64,000 nucleotides of DNA from an uncultured delta proteobacterium (GTDB lineage: Bacteria > Desulfobacterota > Syntrophobacteria > Syntrophobacterales > Syntrophobacteraceae), in assembly GCA_963808625.1 (NCBI GenBank), contig CAWEHK010000033.1, forward strand, positions 64,001 through 128,000. Reading direction: 5' to 3'. The notes under the pieces were generated by a model. It was not told where the DNA came from, ran no database searches, and worked only from the letters and a program-made list of their open reading frames with translations. Both the position numbers and the translations under genes were made by a program. Positions 1-10,383 of the stretch are shown piece after piece. Each line of letters opens with the position of its first letter. Position 1 is the first letter of the stretch.

Positions 1-955
1 GAGGGTGGCTGCAAATACCGGGTGATTTTCGGTGGGTCATGGCGGTGACGTGGAAAACAGGATATTCTCCGACCAGCGAGTAATACCCGGTGTGATCTCC
101 GAATGGCCCCTCCAAACGCAGCTCAACAGGGTCCACATAACCTTCCAGAATGAACTCGGCTTCGGCGGGTACTTCCAGGTCAATGGTAAGACATTTCACC
201 ATAGGAACCGATTTTCTGCGGATAAAACCGGCGAGCATCATTTCATCGATGCCGCGAGGAAGCGGGGCTGTGGCCGCGTAGGTCGTCGCCGGGTCCGTTC
301 CAATCGCGACGGCTACCGGCATACGCTTACCCTCCTGACGATATTCCTGAAAGTAGTGAGAACCATCTTTATGGATGTGCCAATGCATGCCTGTGGTGCG
401 CCGGTCGAAAACTTGCAGCCGATACATGCCGACGTTCCGTCGCCGCGTTTCGAGGCTGCGAGTAATCACCAACGGCAGCGTAATGAACGGGCCGCCATCT
501 TGCGGCCAGCATTTCAGGACGGGCAGTTGCGAAAGGTCAACCTGCTCGCCGACAGCCACCACTTCCTGGCAAGGCGCTTTTCTCACCCTCTTTGGGCAGG
601 AAACGGAGCACTTCCAAGCCCAGGGGAAGCAAGCGCAGGGCGTCCTTTAAAGACTTGGGCGGCTCCATCTGAACGAAGCGGCGCACGCGGTCGGCCAAAG
701 CATCCAGATCGGGCACCCCAAGAGCCATGCAGATTCGTCGTTCACTTCCGAAAGCATTGGTCAGAACCGGAAATGGCGATTCGACCACGCGTTCGAACAG
801 CAAAGCCTTTCCACCCCCCGAGACTCTTGGAGGCCAAATCGGTGATTTGAGAAATTTCCAGGTTCTCGGGAGACCGGGGCCTTGATCCTCTGCAGCTCAC
901 CGGCCTTCTCCAATAAGGCGATAAATTCCTGAAGATTTCGATAACAATACGGCAT
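1..955 (-). CDS. ubiD: UbiD-family (menaquinone/futalosine pathway) decarboxylase; partial (runs off window), frameshifted
   Basis: N-terminus MPYCYRNLQEFIALLEKAGELQRI. Later VLTNAFGSERR, NVGMYRLQ, MHWHIHKDG and EGPFGDHTGYY (about 80-112), spread over different frames. Confidence 0.85.
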
Positions 956-1032
956 AAGTGATAAATGCCCCTCCTCTAAGTCCCTCTGGGAAACAGCTCT
1001 GAAGGCAACATGAATTCCAGAACAAGGCAAGG

Positions 1033-1887
1033 TCAAGTCATCCATGTGTCCAGGAGAACCGCCAAAAAAAGGAGCACGGACACAGCGCTGTTGATATGAA
1101 AGAAGGCAAAATTTACCTTATCCAACTGGTTTGGCTGGACCAGTTTGTGTTCGACGATGAGCAGAATGCAAATGAAGAGCAAAGCTCCGAGATAAACAGG
1201 GCCAAGATGAAAAACGAAAAAGACCAGAAACAGGAAAAATAAAGTGAGGCCATGCAGGACAGAGGAAATCTTCAAGGCCTGTTCAACGTCCCGGCAGGCC
1301 GGAAGCGAAAATAAACCTTCTTTGCGGTCGAACTCGATATCCTGACACGCGTAAAGGATATCGAACCCGGCAATATAGGTCATTAAAGCCAGGGATAGAG
1401 GCAAAATGCGCGCGTCCCATTCGCCCGTGCTGGCAATCCAGGCCCCTATCGGGGCAAGGCCAATGGCAAATCCAAGGACGAGATGGGAGAACGGGGTGAA
1501 ACGCTTCGTATAAGAGTAGAAAAAGAGCACCATGAGCACGGGGACCGAAAGGCCCAGACAAAGCCGCCCAAGCATACCGGCACTCAAAAAGAAGATAGAT
1601 GACGAAATCAAGACGAATACAAGTACGGACTTCTGGTCAATTTGACCCGCTGCAAGAGGGCGGGAAGAGGTCCGAGGGTTCCGGCGGTCGTATTCATGAT
1701 CCACATACCGATTGAATCCCATGGCAGCTGAACGTGCGGATGCCAAGGCAAGCAGGATCCACCACAAGACTGCGGACCCTATCGGACGCTGTCGATACGC
1801 CAGCAGCACGGCTGCCAAGGCAAAGGGAAGGGCAAAGACGGTGTGGCTGAATTTGATCAATCGACCGTAAATCAGCATGCGATTCAT
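1033..1887 (-). CDS. UbiA-family polyprenyltransferase (MqnP-like)
   Basis: IKFSHTVFALPFA, ARSAAMGFNRYVD..D..NPRT..RP, YSYTKRFT, GFDILYACQD; multiple TM segments. Confidence 0.9.
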   Translation of the reverse strand: MNRMLIYGRLIKFSHTVFALPFALAAVLLAYRQRPIGSAVLWWILLALASARSAAMGFNRYVDHEYDRRNPRTSSRPLAAGQIDQKSVLVFVLISSSIFFLSAGMLGRLCLGLSVPVLMVLFFYSYTKRFTPFSHLVLGFAIGLAPIGAWIASTGEWDARILPLSLALMTYIAGFDILYACQDIEFDRKEGLFSLPACRDVEQALKISSVLHGLTLFFLFLVFFVFHLGPVYLGALLFICILLIVEHKLVQPNQLDKVNFAFFHINSAVSVLLFLAVLLDTWMT

Positions 1888-2184
1888 CAACGCAACCAAA
1901 TTTGCCCCTTTCTCGGAAAATCTTGTCCTGAGCCTCTCTTCTAGCCTTCTCCTGGTCATTGTTGCGTTTTTGTATTAGCATAACTTCTACACCAAGAAAA
2001 GGTTTCCAAAGGTTATTCCCTGTGGCGAGAGTTATAATGATTAATCAATATCGTGAATTCGACCGAACCCGGTATCGGGTCGTCGTCGTTGAAACGGTAG
2101 CAATTATCGGCGTGTGGTCTCCGTTGACAGAATCTTAGCCCATCAGCCCCAAGCTGTTGGATTTGATGGAATAATTGTGGTGAA

Positions 2185-3612
2185 ATGGGAATGAGTGACA
2201 TTCGTAAAGGCATGGACGTTGATTTGGAGGTTGAAAAGCTCGCATTCGGAGGAAAGGCCCTGACGCGGCTGGATGGTCTGGTTGTTTTCATGGACCACGC
2301 GCTTCCAGGCCAACGCGTACGGGTCAGAATCACTAAAAAGAAGCGACAGTTTGCCGAAGGTTTTGTGCAGGAATGCCTTTCCCAGTCTCCTCATTATGTG
2401 GAACCTGTTTGCCCTCATTTTGGAGTGTGCGGAGGATGCAGTTGGCAGGATCTGCAGTATGAGGAGCAACTATTCTGGAAGCGACTGCACGTGCTCGAAT
2501 CCCTCCACCATCTTGCCGGTATCGACGAAGCAACCGTGCATCCCACTGTCGCTTCGCCCGGTACTCTTTGGTATCGGAACAAGATGGAGTTTAGCTTTTC
2601 CAATCGGTGTTGGGTCCAACGGTGGGATCCTGTTTCCGACAGGAATTCACGATCAGACCAATTGGCTCTGGGGCTCCACGTCCGAAAGTCCTTTGATGCG
2701 GTGCTGGATATCGAAAAGTGCATGTTACCGTCGCCACTGGCTGTGGAGATACTAAAAGAGGCACGGTGGTGGTCCCGGGAAAGTCGATTGCCCGCCTACA
2801 GCACGAGGAATCATCAAGGGTTCTGGCGCTTTTTGGTTATTCGTGAGGGAAAACTCACCAATCAGCTTCTGGTCCACCTTCTGACTTCGAGTCAGGGGGA
2901 CAATGGTGCGGTGGCTGAGCGTCTGGCGGGTCACCTCCTCACTCGTTTTCCGGAGATCACCAGCTTCGTCCATTCCCTAACCGACAGAAAGGCCCAGGTC
3001 GCTTCCGGTGACTTCAGCCGGTGTTTGAGCGGCCCCGGCTTTATTGAAGATCGACTCGGGGATTTGAAATTCAGGATTTCCCCTCATTCGTTCTTTCAGA
3101 CCAATACCCTCGCCGCCGAACAGCTTTACCGTGCCATCCTGGAACTCGGGGAATTCACCGGGAAAGAAACCGTTTGGGATCTCTATTGCGGCACGGGAAG
3201 CATTGCCCTCTTTATTGCCGCTCATGTACGGCAAGTGGTGGGGTTTGAAGTGAGCGAGCAAGCGGTAAAAGATGCTTACGACAACTGCATTTTGAATGGC
3301 GTTGAGAATTGCTCATTTGTGTCGGGAGATCTCAAGGATGTTATACGGGAAGGCCGCGGCTGCGGTGAATCAGGTCGCTCTCCGGACGTGGTGATAACGG
3401 ACCCTCCGCGCTCCGGAATGCATCCTCGAGTACTGCAGGCTCTTCTTGAGATGGCTCCCTCCTGCATCGTTATGGTTTCGTGCAATCCCGCTACTCTGGC
3501 GAGGGACCTGGTAGTGCTGCTGGAAAAATATCAGATCGAATCGGTGCAACCTTTTGACCTTTTTCCACACACTCCCCACATTGAATGTCTGGTAAAGCTG
3601 AATAGACGGTGA
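2185..3612 (+). CDS. rlmD: 23S rRNA (uracil-C5)-methyltransferase
   Basis: TRAM domain, CPHFGVCGGC Fe-S motif, FFQTN, DLYCGTG, DPPRSG, SCNPATLARD, DLFPHTPHIE. Confidence 0.93.
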   Translation: MGMSDIRKGMDVDLEVEKLAFGGKALTRLDGLVVFMDHALPGQRVRVRITKKKRQFAEGFVQECLSQSPHYVEPVCPHFGVCGGCSWQDLQYEEQLFWKRLHVLESLHHLAGIDEATVHPTVASPGTLWYRNKMEFSFSNRCWVQRWDPVSDRNSRSDQLALGLHVRKSFDAVLDIEKCMLPSPLAVEILKEARWWSRESRLPAYSTRNHQGFWRFLVIREGKLTNQLLVHLLTSSQGDNGAVAERLAGHLLTRFPEITSFVHSLTDRKAQVASGDFSRCLSGPGFIEDRLGDLKFRISPHSFFQTNTLAAEQLYRAILELGEFTGKETVWDLYCGTGSIALFIAAHVRQVVGFEVSEQAVKDAYDNCILNGVENCSFVSGDLKDVIREGRGCGESGRSPDVVITDPPRSGMHPRVLQALLEMAPSCIVMVSCNPATLARDLVVLLEKYQIESVQPFDLFPHTPHIECLVKLNRR

Positions 3613-3701
3613 TTGCCATAAAGCAATGCGACCCATACGTTATCGAACCCATGAGCAAGCCTTTCGGGAACGTTCAGGGTTCCCCTAATTAGGTTCAACC
3701 C

Positions 3702-5957
3702 ATGTTGCAGAACAAAGATAATCCGCGGCGGTTCTTCCTGAGGAGAATTCCGTTACTCGTCGTGCTCCTTATTCTGCTCTTGCTCGCCGGCTATTTCTTC
3801 TACCTGTATATCGAAGTGAAACAGCGATTTGAATCCCGTCGATGGAGCATTCCTTCCAGAGTTTTTTCCGCAGCCATACCGATCTACCCGGGACAGTCGC
3901 TTTCCATTTCTGAAATGAAGAAGATTCTGCAGGAACGGCGCTATAAAGAAGCCATCAAAGAACCGCTGCAAGCCGGAGAATATAAGTTGGGGCGTGACTG
4001 CATCACTGCCTATCTGCGGGAATTCCGTTTCCCGGGTCATGTTCTCCCCGCGCAGCGGGTTGAATTTACGTTTCAGCAAAGCAGTCTCGTGAAGATGATA
4101 AGCGGCCAGGTCGAGCTGCCCTTCCTGGAATTGGAGCCGCTTGAAATCGTCCGTCTGTTTGGACCCGAGCGGAAGAGTCGGCTGCTCATCAACATCAAGC
4201 AGGTTCCCGCCTATCTCATGGATGGGGTGCTGGCCATTGAGGATCATCGTTTCTACGAGCATCGCGGGGTCGATTGGTGGGGAACCCTGCGTGCTTTGTA
4301 CACGGATATTGTCGCGCGGCGGGTTGTCCAGGGAGGTTCTACCATCACCCAGCAACTTGTGAAGAATTACTTTTTGGAACCGGAACGGACTCTCAAACGA
4401 AAGATCCAGGAGGCTTCCATGGCAGTGGTTCTGGAAGCTCTTTATGACAAGGATGCTATCCTTGAGATGTATATGAACGAAATCTACATGGGTCAAAGAG
4501 GCAGTGTCGCTATTCACGGAATGGGTGAAGCGGCCATCAATTATTTCGGCAGAAACGTTGAAGACCTGACTCTGGCCGAATGTGCCACCCTTGCAGGAAT
4601 GATTCGTGCTCCTAACAGCTACTCGCCCGTGGCAAATCCGGAAGCATCGAGGGAGCGCCGCAATGTCGTTCTGAGGCGGATGCTTGATCTGGGAATGGTT
4701 TCCGCCATAGAGTACGAAAAGGCTCGCGGAGAACCCCGGATCGTGTCTGCCACGAAAAATCCGAGAGACGTCGCCCCCTACTATGTGGACTATGTGCGGC
4801 AGCAACTCCGTGTTCTTTATGATGAGAAAATTCTGGGGTCCGAGGGGTTGAGCATCCACACGGTACTCCATCCGGAAATGGCCGTGGCTGCAGATATCGC
4901 CTTGAGAGAAGAACTTCCCCTATTGGAGAAGGAATTATCCGAAAGTGCGGACACATCTTCTATCTCCGGGCCGCTTCAGGGGGTTATCATCGCGGTGCAA
5001 CCGAAAACCGGGGACGTGCTTGCTTTGATTGGAGGCAGAGACTATGCGGCAAGCAACTTTAATCGAGCCCTCTCTGCCCATAGGCAACCAGGCTCTGCCA
5101 TTCTGCCATTTGTTTATTTGACCGCTCTGGATCGTTTCACACCCGCCAGCTGGATCAAAGATGAGCCGGTGACCTACACGGCTAATGGAATCAGATGGTC
5201 TGCAACGAATTACGATGATCGGTATCGCGGCCCGGTTCTGTTTCGGGATGCCCTGGAACAGTCCCTGAATGCAGCCACGGTCAACCTCGCTGTGGCCGTG
5301 GGATTGGAGAAGATTATCACGATGATTCATAACCTGGGCATAGAATCGCCGATCCAACCGGTCCCCTCGTTGGCTCTGGGAGACTTCGAGGTAACGCCCC
5401 TTGAATTGGCGAAAGCATACGCTGCCTTGGACAATGACGGGCAGAAACCATTCCTTCTCAGTGTTAAGGAAGTGGTCACCGAGATGGGTGAGATCCAGGA
5501 AAGGCGCAGCGTTGAGATAGTTCCTGTTACGACTCCTGCTAGGGCCTTCCTCATCACTGACATCTTGGCGGGCGCCGCGCAAAGCAGAAACCTGGGAATT
5601 ATCAGGGGACTTGGAATCGATGTCCCATGCGCAGTCAAGAATGGGGTTTCCTCCGATTATCGAGATTCGTGGTTTGTCGGCTATACTACCGACCTCCTGG
5701 TAGTCGTATGGGTGGGATACGACGACGGGCGCCCTGTGCGCCTGAGTCTCTCTCAGGGAGCTGCGCGCATATGGGCAAGGTTTATTCACGAGGTCCGACC
5801 ATGGATTCATCCGCAGGAATTCCGGCCTCCCCCGGGAATCGCACAACGGCTGATCTGCTTGGAGTCGGGGAGGCTCGCAGCCACTCGCTGCCGGGAACAG
5901 CGCCTGGAGGTATTCCTCTCTGATGACGTTCCAAAGGAATATTGTACCCTCCACTGA
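3702..5957 (+). CDS. mrcB: Class A penicillin-binding protein, PBP1b-like (TM, UB2H, transglycosylase, degenerate transpeptidase)
   Basis: EDHRFYEH, QGGSTITQQLVKN, RKIQE, YMNEIYMG. Transpeptidase motifs are altered (SAIL, SLN, KNG). Confidence 0.85.
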   Translation: MLQNKDNPRRFFLRRIPLLVVLLILLLLAGYFFYLYIEVKQRFESRRWSIPSRVFSAAIPIYPGQSLSISEMKKILQERRYKEAIKEPLQAGEYKLGRDCITAYLREFRFPGHVLPAQRVEFTFQQSSLVKMISGQVELPFLELEPLEIVRLFGPERKSRLLINIKQVPAYLMDGVLAIEDHRFYEHRGVDWWGTLRALYTDIVARRVVQGGSTITQQLVKNYFLEPERTLKRKIQEASMAVVLEALYDKDAILEMYMNEIYMGQRGSVAIHGMGEAAINYFGRNVEDLTLAECATLAGMIRAPNSYSPVANPEASRERRNVVLRRMLDLGMVSAIEYEKARGEPRIVSATKNPRDVAPYYVDYVRQQLRVLYDEKILGSEGLSIHTVLHPEMAVAADIALREELPLLEKELSESADTSSISGPLQGVIIAVQPKTGDVLALIGGRDYAASNFNRALSAHRQPGSAILPFVYLTALDRFTPASWIKDEPVTYTANGIRWSATNYDDRYRGPVLFRDALEQSLNAATVNLAVAVGLEKIITMIHNLGIESPIQPVPSLALGDFEVTPLELAKAYAALDNDGQKPFLLSVKEVVTEMGEIQERRSVEIVPVTTPARAFLITDILAGAAQSRNLGIIRGLGIDVPCAVKNGVSSDYRDSWFVGYTTDLLVVVWVGYDDGRPVRLSLSQGAARIWARFIHEVRPWIHPQEFRPPPGIAQRLICLESGRLAATRCREQRLEVFLSDDVPKEYCTLH

Positions 5958-6105
5958 CGAGAGAATTCGCATCGGGTTCTTTTTGCAGATCCGTTCACAT
6001 ATCAGGCTTTTCATGCTATGAGTCTGACCCGGTCCGTTTGTTCTTCAGACTCAGCCAGATGATAGTATCGACAAACCATCGCCAAAATAGAGGAGGGTTC
6101 TTGAT

Positions 6106-6711
6106 ATGGTGATTTACCTGTGCAAAAGGAAGGTGTCGAGGCTGGCGCTGATTCTTTGCTTGCTGCTGGTTTCAGCCTGCGCTCCCAAAAAACCGGTCTA
6201 TATCCCCTCTGAATGGCAACCGCCTCCTCCCGTCCAGCCGTCGTCGCCCCTTCCGCCATCGCCGGCGCCGGCGCCCAAACAGACGCCCATTCTTAAACCT
6301 CCCCCGGTCATCAAAGAGAGCGATATTGCGGCGCCTGCAGAGGCGCCGGTAAAAGCGGTGGAAAAGAGCCCGGCCCAACCCCCCCCTCAGCGTCTTGCCT
6401 CAATGCATCTCGTGAATCAGGCAAAGACTTCTTTGACCCAGGGTAAACCCGACCCCGCCATTCCTTTGCTTGAAAAGGCCATCCAGATCGATGTTCACAA
6501 CGGTGAAGCCTTTTTCAACCTGGCGCGGGCATGGCGTATGAAAGGGTCTCGCCAGAAGGCGCTCGAATTCAGCAAAAAAGCGGAGATACTTTTTCAGGAC
6601 GATCCGGCAAAACTGAAGCAGGTATACTTGCTTGAAGCCGACCTTTACAAGGAATTGGGTGACTCTGCCAAAACGGACGCATACCGTCAAAAGGCAGCAA
6701 AACTCAAATGA
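6106..6711 (+). CDS. TPR lipoprotein, LpoP-like PBP1b activator
   Basis: Lipobox LVSAC, Pro-rich linker, C-terminal TPRs; directly downstream of PBP1b. Confidence 0.7.
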   Translation: MVIYLCKRKVSRLALILCLLLVSACAPKKPVYIPSEWQPPPPVQPSSPLPPSPAPAPKQTPILKPPPVIKESDIAAPAEAPVKAVEKSPAQPPPQRLASMHLVNQAKTSLTQGKPDPAIPLLEKAIQIDVHNGEAFFNLARAWRMKGSRQKALEFSKKAEILFQDDPAKLKQVYLLEADLYKELGDSAKTDAYRQKAAKLK

Positions 6712-6761
6712 GAAAGAGAAGGGTGAGGGTCTCATTGACTACACTAAGAAAAGGCTAGGGG

Positions 6762-7334
6762 ATGGACGGTGCGGATGAAAGGCAAAAAGATCCTTCCGTG
6801 AGGGTTCGCGGCTATCGGCCGTTCTTACTGAAGGAACAGGAGGAGAAGCTCCTGCATGATATTCGCGCTGTTGCCAAGTCGGTTCTCCTCGGAACCTTTC
6901 TTACGGCACTCTGTCAGGGCCTTGTAGGCGGCATCGGCTTGTCGCTTGTGGGTATTCCCGGCCTCTTCTGGGGAACGGTAATGGGCTTTTCCTCCCTCAT
7001 CCCCATTGTGGGCACTGCGCTGGTCTGGATACCCGCTACCGTCTACCTGCTTCTGTTGGGAAATTGGAAATCTGCCCTATTTTTGGCGCTCTGGTCCATT
7101 TTTCTTTCCGGATCCATCGACAATATCCTGCGCCCGTTTCTCATGCGAGGAGAAGGGAGGATGTCCCCTTTCTATGTTTTCCTGGCCATTATCGGTGGGG
7201 TCCAGTACTTTGGGCTCTCGGGAATCCTCTATGGACCGTTGATTTTGAGCTTCGCCATGATCATGCTTTACCTTTACGGTGTCGAATACCGGGGTGACCT
7301 GCTTTCGGAAACCAAGAACATCGATGCGGTTTGA
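6762..7334 (+). pseudogene. AI-2E family transporter, C-terminal half only
   Basis: QGLVGGIG, IPIVGTALVWIP, IDNILRP, GGVQYFGLSGILYGP. The N-terminal half is absent. Confidence 0.65.
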
Positions 7335-7347
7335 CATCCTTTAGCGC

Positions 7348-7869
7348 TCACACCTGCCACCAAGGTTTTCTTGGCTTTGTCTTGGTCGGTTCCCGCTCGT
7401 CCGCTGACCTCTGAAGCCGTTCAGCTTCTGTCTGTTGCGCCTTATCCTTCCTCATCTCGAGAGCCACTACTCTCTCCGTCAGTTGCTCAATATGGTCTTC
7501 CAGCCGTCGGATAGACTCCTCTCTAGCAAGCATGATTCCTTTGAACTCAAGAAAAAATTGGTTCTGCTTGCGAAGTTCACCCAACTCCAGGAGCATCTGT
7601 TCATAACGTTCCCTGCTCAGGGTCACTATGCCTCCAACCTGTCCCATCTCAGCCGCTTTCCCAAGTGTCCCAAAGAGACGTCCCTGTCCGAAAAGAGGGT
7701 CACTTCCCAGGGACTTGACTTCAGGAAGCAAAAGAAGTGTCCTTGTCCCTTCCTTGACTTTTGTCAAGCGACCTTTTGTGAGGTATCGATGGATGGACTT
7801 GGTAGAAACTCCCAGGATCTGGGCCGCGGTTTTGACGGTGATCTTTTGGTCTGTCATCTGTCCCTTCAT
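7348..7869 (-). CDS. HTH_17/MerR-like DNA-binding protein with coiled coil and KPWWQV tail
   Basis: TVKTAAQILGVSTKSIHRYL HTH, heptad-rich C-terminal half, GGAGG Shine-Dalgarno (SD) before the ATG at 7869. Confidence 0.7.
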   Translation of the reverse strand: MKGQMTDQKITVKTAAQILGVSTKSIHRYLTKGRLTKVKEGTRTLLLLPEVKSLGSDPLFGQGRLFGTLGKAAEMGQVGGIVTLSRERYEQMLLELGELRKQNQFFLEFKGIMLAREESIRRLEDHIEQLTERVVALEMRKDKAQQTEAERLQRSADEREPTKTKPRKPWWQV

Positions 7870-8030
7870 GATCAATCCCTCCTGCATGAGACATCTTATC
7901 ATAGACTTTTCCGAGTGTAAAAAACACAAAAAGGATTTAGAATCGTATCGAGAGTGCCCGAAAGCGCTCAAGTGAGCGCTAATATTGACCTGAGACCCAC
8001 TCGAGGCATGATGAGACGAGACGAACAACC

Positions 8031-9215
8031 GTGTATTTGACATCTTTCATCCACCGCGACGAACTATTCGATATTGCCGAGCGCTGGTTCTGCGGCCATT
8101 TAAGCCCCAACGACGGGCTGCGCCTGACACAAATCCTGATCAGTGACGGCTTTGTTTTAGGGCAAACCCTGGAGAATCTGGCGAAGAGCCTCATGAAGAG
8201 GGTCTATCCCGGGCTCATCAACGAAAAGCGCATCCACTTCAAAGGAGAGCTACGGGAAGCCATATGCCGCGGTGCCGGGGAGGTTACTGATCGAGAGCGT
8301 GAGCTTTTTTCCTTGTACCGGATGAACCCCGATTTTTATTATCGCGAAACGCCCATCGATGGGGTGATGTGCCTCGATGCTGAAGATCGGCTCACAGGCC
8401 TGTACCGCATAAAGAGGCCGCGGAGGATTGCTGAGAAGGCCAATCGCAAGATTGCCAACTGGATCTTCAGCGTGGTTCAGAGCAGGGCTCAGGAAATGGC
8501 AGCGGAACGAGCCAGGAAGTACGGTATTACTCTCGAATTGCTTCTCACCCCCGAATCGGAAATGGCTTGTGAGTTTGTCGAGGCAGAGAAGGCTATTTCG
8601 CAGGGGTTCGGCGCGGGAAGTGTCAAATTCGACCGCGAGGCTTTAACCATCCACGACGTTGGAGGAATCAAAATCGTTGCCAACGACGAGCAGTTGGTGG
8701 AAATCGAGGATGCCCTCCACCTTGATCCCAACATCCGTGTTGTGCAGGAAGAGAGTTTCTCAGGGTCCTTTCGCGCCAGAAGCCTTGTCCTGGAGTGTTC
8801 TTGGGACGCGGAACAAGCTTTTCGGAGGTACAGGGAATGCCGATGCTGGCAGAAGTATCTGAATCGGGGAATCTCTCAAAGGGATTTGATGAAAGGGTTG
8901 GAATGGCTGCTTCACGATCCCGGGACGACGATAAACGTGGAGTTGATCCTTTCGAACTTTCCGGATCTGGTTGAATCCGAACTTGGGAACAGCATTCATG
9001 AAGAGAGGATAATCGCTCAGAGGGACAGCAAGGTCTATCAGGGCTACATTCCGATGAATGTTGAATTCTTGATCGAGTATCTTTTCGCGGTTGGATTCAG
9101 CCCGCAGACGCACATCGACCATATCCCCATCAAGTTGTGGGGAAGATACCTGCCCGACACCTTGATTTCCTATATGCGCCAGTTGTACCTTTTACCGGTA
9201 CAGGATCTCTTCTAA
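8031..9215 (+). CDS. Hypothetical protein with RelA/SpoT-like nucleotidyltransferase motifs
   Basis: 394-aa ORF with RIKRPRRIAEK, IHDVGGIKIV, SGSFRARSL, NVELIL, SELGNSIH in RSH synthetase order. Confidence 0.65.
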   Translation: MYLTSFIHRDELFDIAERWFCGHLSPNDGLRLTQILISDGFVLGQTLENLAKSLMKRVYPGLINEKRIHFKGELREAICRGAGEVTDRERELFSLYRMNPDFYYRETPIDGVMCLDAEDRLTGLYRIKRPRRIAEKANRKIANWIFSVVQSRAQEMAAERARKYGITLELLLTPESEMACEFVEAEKAISQGFGAGSVKFDREALTIHDVGGIKIVANDEQLVEIEDALHLDPNIRVVQEESFSGSFRARSLVLECSWDAEQAFRRYRECRCWQKYLNRGISQRDLMKGLEWLLHDPGTTINVELILSNFPDLVESELGNSIHEERIIAQRDSKVYQGYIPMNVEFLIEYLFAVGFSPQTHIDHIPIKLWGRYLPDTLISYMRQLYLLPVQDLF

Positions 9216-9387
9216 TGAAATTCCGGCACCTTTCGAGATTTTACCCGGACCGAGTTTGTGAGGTTCAAACAAAAAGCCATCTTCACTGTTCCGAGAGAGT
9301 TCGCCGGCATTTCCGTGTCATGGCCTTAACCCTGGCGGAGCCAGAGCGCTGAAGTCGGTATCGGTATTATCTTCCTTCTCTGAAGTT

Positions 9388-10383
9388 TCACCAGCGCAGA
9401 AGTGCTGACGCCCAGGTGAAGCCGGAACCGAAGGCTATGAGGAGCAAATGATCGCCTCTTTCCAGTTTTCCGGCCTGATAGGCTTCGTCTAACAGGAGAG
9501 GAATAGATGCTGCGGTCGTATTACCATATTTATGAATGTTATTCAGGAACTTTTCATGTGGAAATCCAAGGCGTTCCGCGACAAGCTGGTTGATTCTTTG
9601 ATTTGCCTGATGGGGGATAACGTATTTGATATCTTCCGGTTGCATGCTGCATTGTTTAAGCGCATGGGTGACCAGTTCGGCCATACGGATCACTGCGTGT
9701 TTGAAAACGGTTTTCCCGTCCATTTGAGGCCAAATCTCTCCGGTGTCGATGCTCTCATGCGTGAGATAGGGTTTTCGGGAAATATTCCAGACGTCCATAT
9801 GGAGCGCCTTGGCAAACCTGCCATCGGCATGAAGTTCCGTGTAGAGGATGCCGCGATCTTCCTCCGAGGAGGAAGCGAGCACCACGGCTCCGGCTCCGTC
9901 ACCAAAAAGCACGCTGACATCTCGGCCCTCATCGGAGAAATTCAGGGCGTTCGAATGAAGTTCGGAGCCGACCACCAGCACATGGCGGTACATGCCAATG
10001 CGAATGAAAGCATCCCCCACCGCCAGACCATAGATAAAGCCCGTGCACTGGTTGCGCAGATCGAGGCAGCCAATATAGGGAACGCCGAGCTTGGCCTGAA
10101 GAAAGCATGCGGTGCCGGGGAAATGGTGATCCGGGCTCACGGTGGCAAAGATAATAAAGTCTAGATCCGAGGGTTCAAGATGGGCATCCGCCAGGGCATT
10201 GTTGGCCGCTTCGAGAGCAAGGTCCGAACAGTACACTCCCTCTCCTGCAAAACGCCTTTCCTTGATACCACTCCGGGTGCGAATCCACTCATCACTCGTC
10301 GTCATCAGTCGGGAGAGATCGTCGTTGGTTACCACCCGGGGTGGCACATAGCTTCCAATTCCTGCAATCACGCTGCGCCTCAT
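9388..10383 (-). CDS. fabH: 3-oxoacyl-ACP synthase III
   Basis: TSDEWIRTRSGI, catalytic C in NQCTGF, LFGDGAGA, PHQANQRI, GNTTAASIP; SD GAGGAGG. Confidence 0.92.
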   Translation of the reverse strand: MRRSVIAGIGSYVPPRVVTNDDLSRLMTTSDEWIRTRSGIKERRFAGEGVYCSDLALEAANNALADAHLEPSDLDFIIFATVSPDHHFPGTACFLQAKLGVPYIGCLDLRNQCTGFIYGLAVGDAFIRIGMYRHVLVVGSELHSNALNFSDEGRDVSVLFGDGAGAVVLASSSEEDRGILYTELHADGRFAKALHMDVWNISRKPYLTHESIDTGEIWPQMDGKTVFKHAVIRMAELVTHALKQCSMQPEDIKYVIPHQANQRINQLVAERLGFPHEKFLNNIHKYGNTTAASIPLLLDEAYQAGKLERGDHLLLIAFGSGFTWASALLRW

